A program made the position numbers and the translations under genes. A stretch of 64,000 bases of DNA. Origin: the human T2T-CHM13v2.0 reference genome, Homo sapiens. The stretch lies in the NCBI RefSeq assembly GCF_009914755.1, contig NC_060926.1; one strand, 5' to 3'. The notes under the pieces are model-generated. The model ran no database searches. It saw only the letters and a program-made list of their open reading frames with translations, and was not told where the DNA came from. Shown here in pieces: positions 26,242 through 45,917 of this stretch. The stretch's first letter is position 1. Every line of letters starts with the position of its first letter.

Positions 26242-26451
26242 GAGGCTTTTCCTAAGACTGCAAAATGCCCTTGGAGGACTCCCAGCCACCCACTCGCTTT
26301 TGGGTTCTGCATTTTCTTCCTCAGTTTCTTTGGCCTGAAGAGGGCCCTGAAGAATTCACATGTGGATATGATGTGTGTCTTACACACAATTTGAAAATAC
26401 AACCACATAAGCCAATTAGGGATAGGCGAATATTACAATAAAAACAAGCTA

Positions 26452-26751
26452 TTCTTTTTCTTTTTTTTTTAGATGGAGTCTCGCTCTGTTGCCCAGGCTG
26501 GAGTGCAATGGTGCAACCTCAGCTCACTGCAACCTCTGCCTCCTGGGCTAAAGTGATTCTCCTTCCTCAGCCTCCTGAGTAGCTGGGATTACAGGCACGT
26601 GCCACCACACCTGGCTGATTTTGGTATTTTTAGTAGAGATGGGGTTTCACCATGTTGCCCAGGCTGGTCTCGAACTTCTGACCTCAGGTAATGCACCTGC
26701 CTCGGCCTCCCAAAGTGCTGGGATTACAGGTGTGAGCCACCCTGCCTGGCC
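26452..26751 (-). mobile_element. Alu (Sx/Sz-like)
   Basis: Full dimer; degenerate TSD agctattcttt/agttattcttt. Confidence 0.95.
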
Positions 26752-27374
26752 CAGTTATTCTTTATATTTGCATATTTTTAGAATTTTAGTAGCTTTGATT
26801 ATCTGCTATATCTCATTGATTCTTTCTTAAGACCATGTGAGGTAAGAATACCAGGATACTATTTCCATTATAAATGCAGAGACAGATGTAAAGAGGTTGA
26901 CTTTTCTGGAGAACAAGGGGTGGTCCCGACACAAAGGCTGAAGTTGTTTGAAGTATGGCCAGACACTTCGCTGAGGCACAGACATGTCCACCTGTGGCAC
27001 AGGTGGGGCTGCCTAGAAGCCTCCCCGACTCAGGTCGGTGCTGGCCTCTCCCAGCCACGGTTTCACATCACATCATCCCGTATTTTTTTCAACAAATACA
27101 ATTTACCACTTACCTTGTGAGTGACTTTCCATAGAACTTAAACATTAAAGGCAAACCTTTATCCATAGTTAGTTGAGGTTTTCTTAACTGAATAAGCAAT
27201 GTATAACCATTAGAGAAACACAGAAGGAAGTCTAAAATATCACATAAAAATCTCAGGGCCTCTCATCCTGCTTTTCTCTTTACCTTCCTGTCTCTTCTGC
27301 CCTTTTACTAAACTACCCAGGGGCAGTTCGACACCTTGGTGTCTCACACACACCTGCCAGTCTCCCTCACTGCT

Positions 27375-27718
27375 GGGGTGGTCCAGGCCTTAGTGAGTGG
27401 GGGTCTACTTGCCACAGCCTCCTGTCTTGCCTTCCCACATCTGGATCCAAGTTTCATTATGCCACAAAGATGAGCTATTGAAGATCTATTTCTGATTCTA
27501 CTTAAAACCTTTAACAATGCTACACATCAATGAATAATTTCTGGAGATTATTTCTAGAAAAAATGTACAATATGATGATTTGACTCCCGTATGTATCCTT
27601 TACTAAACTGTAAGCTCCACAAAGCAGGAAACAGGTACATTCTGCTCACCTGTGTATTGCTGTGGTTAGGTGTTAGGCACATCAACCTTAATAAATATTT
27701 GTTGAATGCGTGAGTGGG
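27375..27718 (+). mobile_element. L2 fragments
   Basis: actaaactgtaagctccacaaagcagg...aataaatatttgttgaatg. Confidence 0.7.
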
Positions 27719-29241
27719 GCATGAAAACCTACACACTCAGGTGTATGAAGACATGGTCCTTGAATACCCAAGCTCAATAAAAAAGGCAAATTAGGGAGTA
27801 ATTAGAAATAATACAAAATATTGTAATTTTGGAAAAGAATCATTATGAGTATAGTGCAATGGCATTCTTTTATGGTACCCTTTTGTGTTGCAGAAGACCA
27901 TAGGAAAAAAAATGAAAGGAAAGAGTAGAGAATGAAAATGCTTAAAACCATTAATATCATCAACCTAAATAACTTTAAATAGTATAAAGTAAGTCCATTG
28001 AAGAACTGTATTTCCATTAACTTTTCAAACACACCAAGAGATGTAGTCATTCTAGCAACAATGCCGCAATGCAAGAATCAAAAGTAAGAACAGACGGCTT
28101 CTGTGTAGCTTCACAGCATTTTCCTGTGGAGCACACTGTTTCATTCTCATTATCACCCAGATCATGGTGGACACAACATTCCCCTCGTGGGCCATGGCTA
28201 ACCCAGGCTCCAGGCCTTGCATTTGGAAAGGGGAGAGTAGGGGCGGGATAAGAGCTCTCTTCCCTTTCCCAGATCTCCAACTGTTCCACCAGCTTCAGGG
28301 TCCCTGTGTTTACCTGGGAGGGAAGTTGCTTACATGTCTTTCTGGTCAAGCTGCTCTAAGCCCACGACTGCCTTTTTAGGGGATTATTTTGAGATTTAGA
28401 GATGGGATGTCCATGCTCAATAAACAATGATCCTCATTATCATAGGAAATGCATTTTAATGTTTGCACTAGAATTGTTCCAAATTAAAGCAATCCCATAG
28501 CTCCAACTGTAAAGAATGCTTCTATAATTTAAAAAATGCCCCTTGAAGTAAGCATTGGAAATCCGCCATGTGTTCACCACCACCCCTGCTGTTTCATAGC
28601 CATGGGGTCTGGGGCCCAGAAAGAAGAGGGTCATGACCATGTTGTGCTTATCAAGATAACCTCAGCCCCTTGCCATAGGGTGGGTAGGGATTGGCGAGCC
28701 TGAGGCAGTCAACACAAGTGTTCTGATCAGAGGAACCAATCCAGAGAGGGGTTTGTAACCTCAACTGAGACAAGGAAGGAAAAATGGAAGTCTGCTGCAG
28801 GACTCTCGCTCTGATGAGCTCCTTTCCAAAACTGGCCTTCTCCTCTACTGGGCATGGTCATCTGGGAGGCAAGGGCTGGGCCTGCTGCCACAGAAGTGCC
28901 CCAAGTGCCAAGGCTCCATCCGCACATTTTATCACCAGTTCCTGTTTGTGTATGAAGATTTCTTAGAGCATGGACCACCCAGATGAACACTAATTTTTGA
29001 GTACCAAAATTTTCATTCCTTGAGTTTCAGAGGATTTATAACCAGCATACACTGCTGCTCCATTTCACACGGATCACAGATGTGTCCATGTATTTTAGCC
29101 CAGCAATTCTCTTTCTTCATAACGGAAGCCTCCAGGGCTTTTCTAGCCTACTCAATTCTCTGGGTTTATGCATTTCTAAAGAGCTGAATTGCCTTATAGT
29201 AGTAACCAAACTAGTCAACCCACCTTTAAATTCTACATGCA

Positions 29242-29408
29242 TTTTTTAAACTTTTATTTTAAGTTCAGGGGCATATGTGCAGGTTTTTACGCAGGTAAAC
29301 TTGGGCCATGGGGTTTGTTGTACAAATTATTTCATCACCCAGGTATTAAGCCCTAGTACCCATTAGTTATTTTTCTTCATCTTCTCCCTCCTCCCAGCCT
29401 CCACCCCA
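29242..29408 (-). mobile_element. L1PA13-16-type 3' end
   Basis: ttttattttaagttcaggggcatatgtgcagg...ttgttgtacaaattatttcatcacccaggtattaagc. Confidence 0.85.
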
Positions 29409-30004
29409 TATGTGTTTTAGAATTAGACTTCGCTGCAGGTACACGTGTGCAATTATGCACACACACTGAAGCAGCTCTCACAACTAGCCAAAGAGCCTCC
29501 TCGGTAAAGACAACACTTTTTATTTAAATACAAACAAAAGGCTCTCTTAAAACCTGTTTTGGCCTTGAAAGAGCATCCATGTTGTCAAGGATATAAGGTG
29601 ACCTAATGTTAATTTTGTAACTCTACAAAGCTCCCTAGGTGCATAAACCCACACCGCCATCTCAATCTAGAGATCCTGCTACCAAATAGAGCCTTGTCAG
29701 AACTCCAGAATGTTCCCCTACACCCCTCCCGGTAAGCAGCTGCTCTTCTGACTTGCACTAGCATCCCTTCGTTTCTCTCCGTCCTGAGTGTTATGTAAAT
29801 GAACCACGCAGCATGTGCACGTCTGTGTCTGGACTGAGCTCCGCAGCTCTCATGCAGTGCTCCACTGAGCTGCTGGACCACTGAGCAAAGATGAGGAAGG
29901 AGGCACAAAGGCTCACATTTGTGACTCTGATGGGAAGGCTCCTCCCAGAATCACATTTCCCTGCATCCACACACCACCACCTCCTTGCCGAATAATGTAA
30001 TCAG

Positions 30005-30212
30005 AAGATTAGGGACTTCTGAGTCAAAGAATAGGGTTTGAATTCAGTTTGCCATTTCCTAGCTGCCTGAAATTAAGTCACTGATCCTATCTTAGTCTCT
30101 CTAAAATAAATGTATTAATAATGCTACCTAACAGATTTGCTGTGATCATTGAATGAAATAATGTATGTGAAATTACTTTAAATTGGAAAGTATCATAACA
30201 ATGCTAATTATG
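30005..30212 (+). mobile_element. MIR SINE
   Basis: ctgagtcaaagaatagggtttgaat...tgaatgaaataatgtatgtgaaa. Confidence 0.6.
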
Positions 30213-30307
30213 AAAAACAACAACTGTCCTTTCCTGACGTTAAGAAAGATAGTGATGCAAACCAGAAAGGTCACCAGATCTGAGATCGCTTCTAAACCTT
30301 GAACTTC

Positions 30308-30607
30308 TTTTTATTTTTTTGGGCATCAGAGTCTCTCTTTGTTGCCCAGGCTGGAGTGCAGTAGTGTATTTGGCTCAGTGCAATCTCCACCTCCCATTCT
30401 CAAGTGATTCTCCTGCCTCAGCCTCCCGAATAGCTGGGATTACAGGCACCCACCACCACGCCTGGCTAATTTTTTGTATTTTTCATAGAGATGGATGGCA
30501 TTTCACCATGTTAGCCAGGTTGGTCTTGAACTCCTGACCTCAAGTGATCCACCTGGCTCAGCCTCCCAAATTGCTAGGATTACAGGCATGAGCCACTACA
30601 CCCAGCC
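30308..30607 (-). mobile_element. Alu (S-type)
   Basis: Full dimer; TSD cttgaacttct on both sides. Confidence 0.95.
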
Positions 30608-30924
30608 TTAAGCTTGAACTTCTAAATGAGAAGAGTATTATCTACAGTGCCTAACTTTATGGGATGCACAAGAATCAAGAGAGGCATGATTCATACATTC
30701 ACTGGTGAAAGGTAGAGTTGGTGGCAATGGGGATTATTCTATGTAAAAACATAGTCTAATATATGTTAACTACATAAATACACATTTGTATTTAATTAAA
30801 ATTTATAATGGTTATTATACCTACAAATTAAAGGAAATAAATGGAAAAACAATAGGAAACATTCTATACCCATTTCAAATAAAGAGTGTACATAAATTCC
30901 CACCATAATTCAACAGCATAGGTC

Positions 30925-32830
<1,906 letters not shown>

Positions 32831-34030
32831 TTGATGATGAGAACTTCATAGTACAACCACGGAATTCGCAGGAAGGAAATGCTTTGTGTCAACATAGATG
32901 CTTTTGTGAGTGGATACAAGTGAACATGAACCTTTGGATAAAATGAGGGGAATAATATTAGCTTTTTTCTTTGTGTGCTCTTGTTTGCTTAGTTTATGAC
33001 AATTTTATTTGTCATAAACAATTTTATTCTTGAAATTTCAACAAGAAACCCAGGCAAGAAAAAAATCTTTAAAGCTCCTTTCATGAGTGTGTTTATAAAT
33101 CCAGTTAGAAATTTCCACATTAACAATTCTAAAAAGGAGCAGTCAATATTTAAAGGAAAAATGCATGACCCCTAAATAGTTTTTAAAGCTGAAAGAGAGG
33201 GAAATCTGTGTTGCGATACCTTATGGAAGTAGAGACGGGATGGTCTTCAACAGCAGCAGCTGTCCCTGGGGAAAGCTACTCTGGTTCTCCTTTCCCTAAG
33301 TATAAAAAGCTGTAGTAACCAAAGCAAGGAGCCCACCAGGTACACAGAGCTCACCTCGTGCAGCTCGGAGGAAAAGACAGGAAGGGGTCAATCCATCCAC
33401 ATTAGGATGCACATTACTTAGGGGACTTGGAGGAAACACCACTTAGTGCACAGATGCGCATAAATCAAACAGCCTATGATACAACAGTTATGGCAAAATT
33501 ATGCTTGTGGCTCCTAGTTTAGAAAAAGGCAACACAAGCATATTCATAATTTCCAGTGCAGATGTCACCTTCTCTTTTTAAAATTGCTTTTGCAATTTTA
33601 AAATGTCATTTTATTGGTGAAAGGGGCTGCATGGAGAGTTTATTTACTTACTGATTAGATTGATAAATGTGATGCCCACCATTAGCCTTTGGAAATATGG
33701 TTACAGAGATGACAAAGCACATTAGTAACTAAATGAGAGGTTAGTAGCTTGGCTAATAGCAGACTTTAGCCTGTAATGTGGGGGTGAGGTGGGGCCATGG
33801 ACACAATATATTCATGACAAGCTGTCCCATGGAAAACGGGCCACTGGGGAGGACTTGCAAGAGCAGTGATTGTGAGACGTAACCGTGAGGTTTTGGTGCT
33901 TCTGACAGCTCTTCCCAAGTGGGAACTCGGTTTTCCCAAGTGAGAACTCGGTCATGTAACCTCACTCTGTGCTGCACAGAGACTACTCTCTCAGACACCA
34001 CGTTCTCTGCAGGAGGTACATGGTCTCTAA

Positions 34031-34363
<333 letters not shown>

Positions 34364-34403
34364 GAGAGTTCATCATTTTGGGCAGAGCTTGAGGGTCTCT
34401 TAA

Positions 34404-34900
34404 GAAATCGTTCTACTATAAAGACACATGCACACATACGTTTATTGCAGCACTATTTACAATATCAAAGACTTGGAACCAACCTGGATGTTCATCAGTG
34501 ATAGACTGGATAAAGAAAATGTGGTACATATAGACTATGGAATACTATGCAGCCATAAAAGAGAATGAGTTCATGTCCTTTGCAGGGATATGGATGAAGC
34601 TGGAAACCATCACAGCAAACTAACACAGGAACAGAAAACCAAACACCACATGTTCTCACTCATAAGTGGGAGTTGAACAATGAGAACACATGGACACAGA
34701 GAGGGGAACATCACACACTGGGGCCTGTCGGGGGGTGGGGGCAAGGGGAGGGAGAGCGTTAGAACAAATATCCAATGCATGCGGGGCTTAAAACCTAGAT
34801 GATGGGTTGGTAAGTGCAGCAAACCACCATGGCACATATATACCTATGTAACAAACCTGCATGTTCTGCACAAGTATCCCAGAACTTAAAAGTAAAATTT
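34404..34900 (+). mobile_element. L1PA8-10-type 5'-truncated 3' end
   Basis: gcttaaaacctagatgatgggttg...gcaaaccaccatggcac 3'UTR; likely short TSD ttaagaaa. Confidence 0.9.
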
Positions 34901-36606
34901 AAGAAAGACAGAGAGAGACAAAGAGAGAGAAAGAATCTATGTGATATGAATAGACTAAGTCTACAGAAATATATGAACTAAAAAATTAAGTCCTTTCAAG
35001 GCATCTATGGAATCAGAAATGCTCACGGTGGCCTGTTGGAAATTTATTGGGTGTCTTGGTAAGTCAGCCTTAAAAGCAGTCCCCTGCCCTGTCCTTAAAA
35101 ACTCCAGCCCCTCTTCTTTGCTGGAGTTGTCTCTTTTCATATTCACTGACAATTGCTAAGTTTTGAAAGATGTCATAACAAGGAGGAGAGGTATGCTTCT
35201 CTCCTTATGTTCCTCCTGTACACACCGTCTTCTTTGGGGGGGACGAAGACACACGTTAAGAGACGGCGCTTTTTGAATGTTTAGGGCAAAGGCTCGCATG
35301 CCAGCATTACCCACCTTGTGCTTATCTCCAAATATACTTTTAAAAGTTTAGGAAGATCACAGGACGGCAGTGTAAAGCGATGATCTATACAGGCACAAAA
35401 ACCAAGAGACTGCTCCTCCTACATACAGTTAGTGTCAATCAAGCGCAACTTCTCCCAACATTTGCAAATTAGGGACACACGGAACAAGGCACATCACAAA
35501 ACAGTGAACTTAGCAAGAAAGGACAGTAAATTCAGTGAAAACAATCAAAGTCACTCCCCCTCATGCTTCTCAAGCATGCTAATCTCTTATGTTGTTATTT
35601 TTAAGTTACTGCTATTTGTGGAGATTAATCCCACAGCAGTTAATTTCCTCATACTCACCCAGTGTAAACTCAAAAGCATAAAAACACAAAACAGCATAGC
35701 ACACCTTTTCTTGGGAAGCTGATATGAAGGCAAAATATTTTTATTCTTATCTTTAACATGCTTAATTTTAAAAGGGGATAAATAGCTGATTAATTTTTTT
35801 TCCAGTTTGTCTCCAAATCACAACACACTTGCTGCTTTCTGAATGGTCCCTTGGTGCTGATCTGATTCAGTGGCCAACATGTCCCCGTCTAAAGGTGGTA
35901 CCCACCCTCACATGAAAGGGAAATGTTTGCAGTGAGGTCATGTGCCCTCCTTCCCCAGGCTACTTTTCCTGACTCTCCACTATGCCCGGGTGCTTAGGGA
36001 CACACCACATGCCCTAATTGTACAAATAAAGCAGATGCTTTAAGAGAAAAAAAAGGACACGGGAATAATTTCTTTAAACTTAACAGCACAGTGTTCATCT
36101 ACGTATGGTGGAAGAGAATGTTGATTCTCTTTAGAAACTGCCACTTGATCCCCCAGCCATTTTCACCTCTTCTAGTCCCTTGTTCCAAACAGCTGAAAGT
36201 CTCCTGATGGTGGTGTGGTGATCAAACACAATTCAACGTTTCCAAAACTAAACTCACTATCTCTCCCCGAAAATCCATTTGCCCTCGAGTGCACCCAGCC
36301 CAGTACATTGTGTGTCCATGGCTTCAGCTCTCATGCTGGCACCCCTGGGAGTCTCACCTCCCTCCTGGCTTCCACATCAGGTTCATTGTTTCTTACATCT
36401 CCCTACCACCAGATGGCTTCTCTATCCTCATTGCTACCATGCCACGAAGATGCCTCCAAACTTTGTTCCTACTATTGTAAATCTCCTAAGAGATCTTATT
36501 CCTCCAGTCTGGCTCCCTGAAATCCACTTTTACAGATAGAAGCTGGATCATTATTATTAGAAAACAAATGTGACTATGTATGTCCCTTGCTGAAAATCAT
36601 ACATGC

Positions 36607-36954
36607 TGCTATTAACAGAATGTCTGTGTCCTCCCCAAATTCATTTATGTTGATGCCCTAACCACAGTGTGATGGCTCTTGGAGGAGAGGCATTGGATGA
36701 TGAGGTCATGAAGATGGAGCCTTTAGATGGAATTAGTGCCCTGGTAAGAAGAGAAAGAGAGACCAGAGCTCTCTCTCTACCACATGAGGACACAGTGAGG
36801 AAGTGACTGTCTGCAAGCCAGGAAATGGGCGCTTACCAGACAGACAACAGATTTGCCAGCACTTTGATCCTGGACTTCCAGAGTCCAGAAATGAACGTTG
36901 TTTTTTAAGCTACCCAGTTTGTGGTATTTTGTTATAACCCAAAGGAACTAAGAT
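36607..36954 (+). mobile_element. MLT1A0-type MaLR LTR
   Basis: gaatgtctgtgtcctccccaaattcat...gaggacacagtgaggaag...aagctacccagtttgtggtattttgttata. Confidence 0.85.
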
Positions 36955-37279
36955 GTATCTCTTTCCTCGTCTGTGGCTAACAGTCCAAACTCCTTAACAT
37001 GTATTGCAAAGGAGGGCACCACCCACCTCCTATCTCACTTTCTCTTCATCACAGGTAGCTGCCTACCCAGGTGAAACTCTTGCACCTCTTCAAAGGTACC
37101 ATCTGCCTTCTTGCTTTCAAGTCTCCCCACATTCCATTCTGGCTGCCTTTGGTCCTGGCTATTTCTATCTAATCCACTCCACCAAATTCAGTTCCCTTCT
37201 CTGCACCTTTCCAGCTCCCTGCTCCCTCACTGGTGCAGAATTTCTGAGTTTATTCTAATTAATAATCAAGCTATCTGTG

Positions 37280-37644
37280 TGATATGGTTTGGCTGTGTCC
37301 CCACCCAAATCTCATCTTGAATTGTAGTTCTCATAATTCCCACGTGTCATGGGAGGGGCCTGGTGGAGGGTAATTGAATCATGGAGGTGGGTCTTCCTTG
37401 TGCTGTTCTCATGATAGTGAATAAGTCTCAGGAGACCTGATGGTTTTATAAAGGGGATTTTCCCTGCACACTCTCTCTCTTTCCTGCTGCCATGTAAGAC
37501 ATGACTTTGCTCTTCCTTTGCCTTCCACCATGATTGTGAGGCCTCCCAGCCATGTGGAACTGTGAGTCCATTAAACCTCTTTCCTTTATAAATTACTTAG
37601 TCTCAGGTATGTCTTTATTAGCAGCATGAGAACAGGCTAATACA
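37280..37644 (+). mobile_element. THE1 (probably THE1C) solo LTR
   Basis: tgatatggtttggctgtgtccccacccaaatctcatcttg...gctaataca; perfect 5-bp TSD ctgtg. Confidence 0.95.
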
Positions 37645-38038
37645 CTGTGTAAGCTACTAATTTCTTACCTGAGCAGGGCAAGAAATTTCCTGTCTCATTG
37701 ACCATTCTGTCCCAAAGTATGACACATGTTCTGAAGTATGTTTGTTGATAGAATATAGAAATGTATACATGAACGAATGAACAAAAGAGAGGAAGAAAGG
37801 CAGAGTGGACGGATGAAGAGAGAAATCAGTGGAAAAGGAGGCTGGGTCTTGTACTCTATGGAAAAAGCCATAATCATGCCATGTGGTGGTGACAGCATGC
37901 CATCATCAATGAGTGACCAAAGGGCCAGAGAATGTGCTAAGATGGCCAGAAAAAGAGGAATGCGCTGTCTTTCAGTCTGTCCTCCCACTCTGTGGACCTG
38001 GGCCTGCCGGGCTTGGCCTTTAACCCTGGTCCTCTCTC

Positions 38039-38297
38039 GGGTCTCTTAAGAAAACGTTCTACTATAAAGACACATGCACACATATGTTTACTGCAGCACT
38101 ATTTACAATATCAAAGACTTGAAACCAACCCAAATGTTCATCAGTGATAGACTGGATAAAGAAAATGTGGTACATATACACCATGGAATACTATGCAGCC
38201 ATAAAAGAGAATGAGTTCATGTCCTTTGCAAGGACATGGATGAAGCTGGGAACCATCATTCTCAGCAAACTAACACAGGAACAGAAAACCAAACACC
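38039..38297 (+). repeat. Local duplicate of 34393-34647 (L1 piece plus its unique 5' flank)
   Basis: Both begin gggtctcttaagaaa[t/a]cgttctactataaag and share variants; no poly(A). Confidence 0.88.
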
Positions 38298-38827
38298 CTA
38301 GCTCTCACTTTTTATGTTCCTCCAGTCTGTGACTCTGCTGGGAAACAGAATAATGAGCAAAGGAGAGAAAATGGTTCATCTCAGAGCAGCCAATTTGTTC
38401 TTTCTGTCCCTTAGCAGTCCTTTCAGAAACTGCATATTCCAGCATACAGATGCCTTTGTGGTTTGAAAGAGTTAATATGTTACCAAGGAGCGAGGAATTT
38501 AAATTCTTCCGCTCCTCACCGACAAGATCAGGTCTGATATCCAGGAAACTGTTAAATTCTTCAAACCAAGGCTGAGAATCTTCTTGACAAGCAAACACAT
38601 TTCTCAGCTCTGGGTAACAGTTTCTGAGAGATGTAGATATGAGAGATTATTTCTCTCCCTTCCCTCGCCCTCAAGAGGAGGGAGCAAGTCAATCATGGAC
38701 ACGTCCCAGCCTGTTAGCAGAGCTCAATTTCTTTGATGGTTTAAAAATCAATGTATGTTCTTTCTCTATTAATTTTTAATCATGAAATCTTCAATTTTAG
38801 TAAATCCATATTATTCTTACTGTTTAG

Positions 38828-41017
<2,190 letters not shown>

Positions 41018-41432
41018 GAAATAAGGACTGCCTCCGAAAGCCTGGTGTGGTTTCCCGCCTGGGCCGCAGTAAAGGCACACTGTGCTAGCTGGGCAGGCCA
41101 CTTGCCATGCCATTCTGTCTTCTAGGAACTGCACTACCAACGGCACATGCAAAACAATCACGTTCCTTCTTATGAAGGAGCTTGGATTCTAGCAGGGAGA
41201 TAATTATAGGACCCTGTATTAGGTGCCAGAATAGGATGAGGACACCGAGACCAGCATCTGGTCTACCAAGAGGCGTGAATCTAAGAGGACTTCCTGCAAC
41301 AGAGCATATGGAACAAGTGCATGGCGTCTCCTCCTCCCATACACGTCCCCTGACTGCTGGAATGCCATCTACTAGAAGGGGAGACGTGGTCTCCAGAAAC
41401 CTAAATTCAGCCATGAAATTTCATCTTCTTTA

Positions 41433-41886
<454 letters not shown>

Positions 41887-42434
41887 TCATGTTATGGCTG
41901 AAGACTGAGTAGAACAGAATCATTGGCAAGTGCTGCTTACTCTTCCATGGTTGTAGCAAACAAAACTATAATTTTGAGAAAAATATTTTCTTTATTAAAG
42001 TTACTCACATTCTTGAAAAATAAAAATGTGTTTTCATTTCCTCAGGTATGTTGGTTTATTCTTGTTTGTTCTATTCTTAAGAATGGCATTTCAGATTGGG
42101 GAGCAAGGATCGGTCAAAACTTTTGCATCATGTATTAAAAATTATAAAGCACAACATGATATATCACATAAACTAAATTAGAAAGAGATTTCTCACAGCA
42201 GAAATAAAATATGTTGCTTATTTCTTTCTTGTATTTAATCATCTGCCATAACACATGTATATCGGCAGATTGAAATTCCTAATTTAAGAGAGTCCTATAA
42301 AGCCTTTCAAAACAAGAAAGTTGTTGACATACATTGATGAGCATTACTGTTAAATGTAAAATCATCTCAACTTAGATTAAATAAAATGTTTTTTAAAATG
42401 TGCCATAGCAAATTTAAAATTTTTTACACATTAA

Positions 42435-43065
<631 letters not shown>

Positions 43066-43189
43066 TAGGCAATTGCATATTGAAATTATCAAATACTTTT
43101 TTTTAAATTAACCCAAAACTATATAATCATAGAAATTTCACTGTCTTTAAAAATGTCTCAGAAATCTGCATATTAATTCCAATACCGCT

Positions 43190-43700
43190 TGTTTTCATTG
43201 TAAACATTATGCATGCTCTTGTAAGATATTCAAATCCCATGGAGAAGTGTATGGATGGTATGAAAATCAGTGAACATTTCATCCACAAAGAGATAACTAC
43301 TGTTTGTTTTTATTAAATTGATATCTTTTTATTCATTCCTTCTGTATAATTAACGTACACACAGGCATGCATAATCATAAAAATACATGGTTGTGTGTAA
43401 ATGGGATCCCACAGGTAAACCCTTTATAATCTGCCTTTCCACTAATAAACATATGGATTTTTATGTCAATAAATTTAAATTTATATTACCATTTCAAGGC
43501 TGCTTAGGAGTTCCCGTGGCTGTAACACATTTCATAAGACTTTTAGGATGCCCTACCCACCTGTTTAAACCAATACAGAGAACACATTCCCTTTTCCCAT
43601 CTCTATCTATGTATTGCATTATCCCGTGAGATAATGAATTTCAGTTTCAGAAGTCAGATTTCTGGGCCTGAGTTCTGCTCGAGCACTCTTTTTCCTACTG
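43190..43700 (-). mobile_element. Ancient L1ME-type 3' end
   Basis: catgctcttgtaagatattcaaa...agagataactactgtt...ttttatgtcaataaat resemble the reverse L1ME 3'UTR. Confidence 0.5.
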
Positions 43701-44842
43701 TTGATAGACAGAGCTAAGCTTCCCATCAGAAGAGGTGCACTAATTAAACCTCTCGTATCAGGAGAAGAGACAGTCCACTTAAAATGTATTTTGGAAAAGT
43801 CTGCGAGGGCCAATAATAGTTTCTGGCATATCAAGAGTGCTCACTCTTTGAGGATGTGTTTGGATTTTACAAGTAACCCTACGTCATGGGGCCAGGACAG
43901 ATGAATAAGCTGTAGAGAAAGTTGGGTGCTAGAACGAAGAACAAGACTCAGCCAAACGCCAGAGAGCTGGAGTAAAACCTTAGTCCAGGAGCCTCCTTTG
44001 AAGGTTGCAGAGAAACTTTAAACATTGAGAAACTTCTATGTAGGGAGACCGACTCAGTCAATGAATTTTGGAAATTTAAAAAATGATAATTAAAAACCCA
44101 AGCACGTCCTCATCTGTTATTTTGAGATTCTCCTTCTCCCACACGGGAAAGCTTAATGTTTTCTTTTTAGTCAATATAAGAAAATATCAGCTTTCCTTTA
44201 AAAATAATTACTTCTGTCTACCTTTTCTTGAAAGATCAAATTCATATCAAGTTCATGCTTTCTCTCATATGACACAAAATTACACGGCTGTTGTCCCCCT
44301 TTCTCGCCTGTTTGAGCCTTGTTCAGGATGCACGTGAATCCTTTCCTAGACTCAGCAAACATCTTGTGTTACGAGTTGCAATCATCTACTCTCAAGGACC
44401 AGAGAAGTGACCTTTCCAAACGCTTAAGGACGCAGTGGATGTTTAGAAGACAGTGCCGCGAATTGTCATAGCATTCTTCCTCCTACCATCCTTTACATTA
44501 ATTTTCTCATTATTTCAATATCCCACATGTCCTATGCATCTTATCAACTTTACAGATATTTTAATAGAACTTTTGCTCAAACAGTGGTGACTGAGTTTGT
44601 GAGTTTGTTGTTATGCGAATACCACCAGGATCTCTGCATAAGACCAACTCACCAGGCGTGAAGCGTCAACTCCCTGGGCTGTGTTGTACATGTTCCCATC
44701 TGGAGAGGGAGCTCCACATCCATGCACAGTAACCGTTCAGAGGTACATTTGTGTGCAGTGAACATTAACAAAGGGTTAGAGATTCTGTTCCCACTGCCTT
44801 GTGAGCTGATGTATATAGACAAGCAAACCCAAACTCTGATAA

Positions 44843-45142
<300 letters not shown>

Positions 45143-45163
45143 TAACTTTTTTAAAAAGTTGTA

Positions 45164-45557
<394 letters not shown>

Positions 45558-45917
45558 TCACTCTATGTGCACAGCCTGCCTTCACCCCACATGGCCACAC
45601 TTCCTGCAATTCTATTGGTCAGGGATTCCCTTGGAAGCCAACGTTTATCTTAGACTCTCAAGTCCTCTCAGGGGGTAGGAGCCTCACTTACTCACGTACC
45701 ACTGAGCCTTTGTTTAAGAGATTATTCTTCTCCTGATGTCTGTGTTAGGTGCTAAGAATGATGTGAGGGGCAGAGGTGGGTCATTTGGGAGGCCCAGGTG
45801 TTAGAGGGGACAGAAGGCTGAGACATGGGGTGGCATTTGTACCCAGGGGATGGGCACAGCTAAAGAAAAGAGGAGCTTACTCTACACAAACTTGGTCTGA
45901 TTTAAAATGCATGTTGA

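Larger units (their letters stand above)
36220..37790 (+). mobile_element. Fragmented L2 hosting two MaLR LTRs
   Basis: caattcaacgtttccaaaactaaactc, agtccaaactccttaacatg, and terminal gaacgaatgaac pieces in order. Confidence 0.6.

Noticed and set aside
33912-33952. 21-bp tandem duplication (also a ~10-bp triplication at 58141-58169)
   Set aside because: Real but ordinary slippage products with no further structure
44653-44699. 47-nt minus-strand exon ending at a gtgagt donor
   Set aside because: Short pyrimidine tract, frame-shifting length, no supporting neighbouring exons
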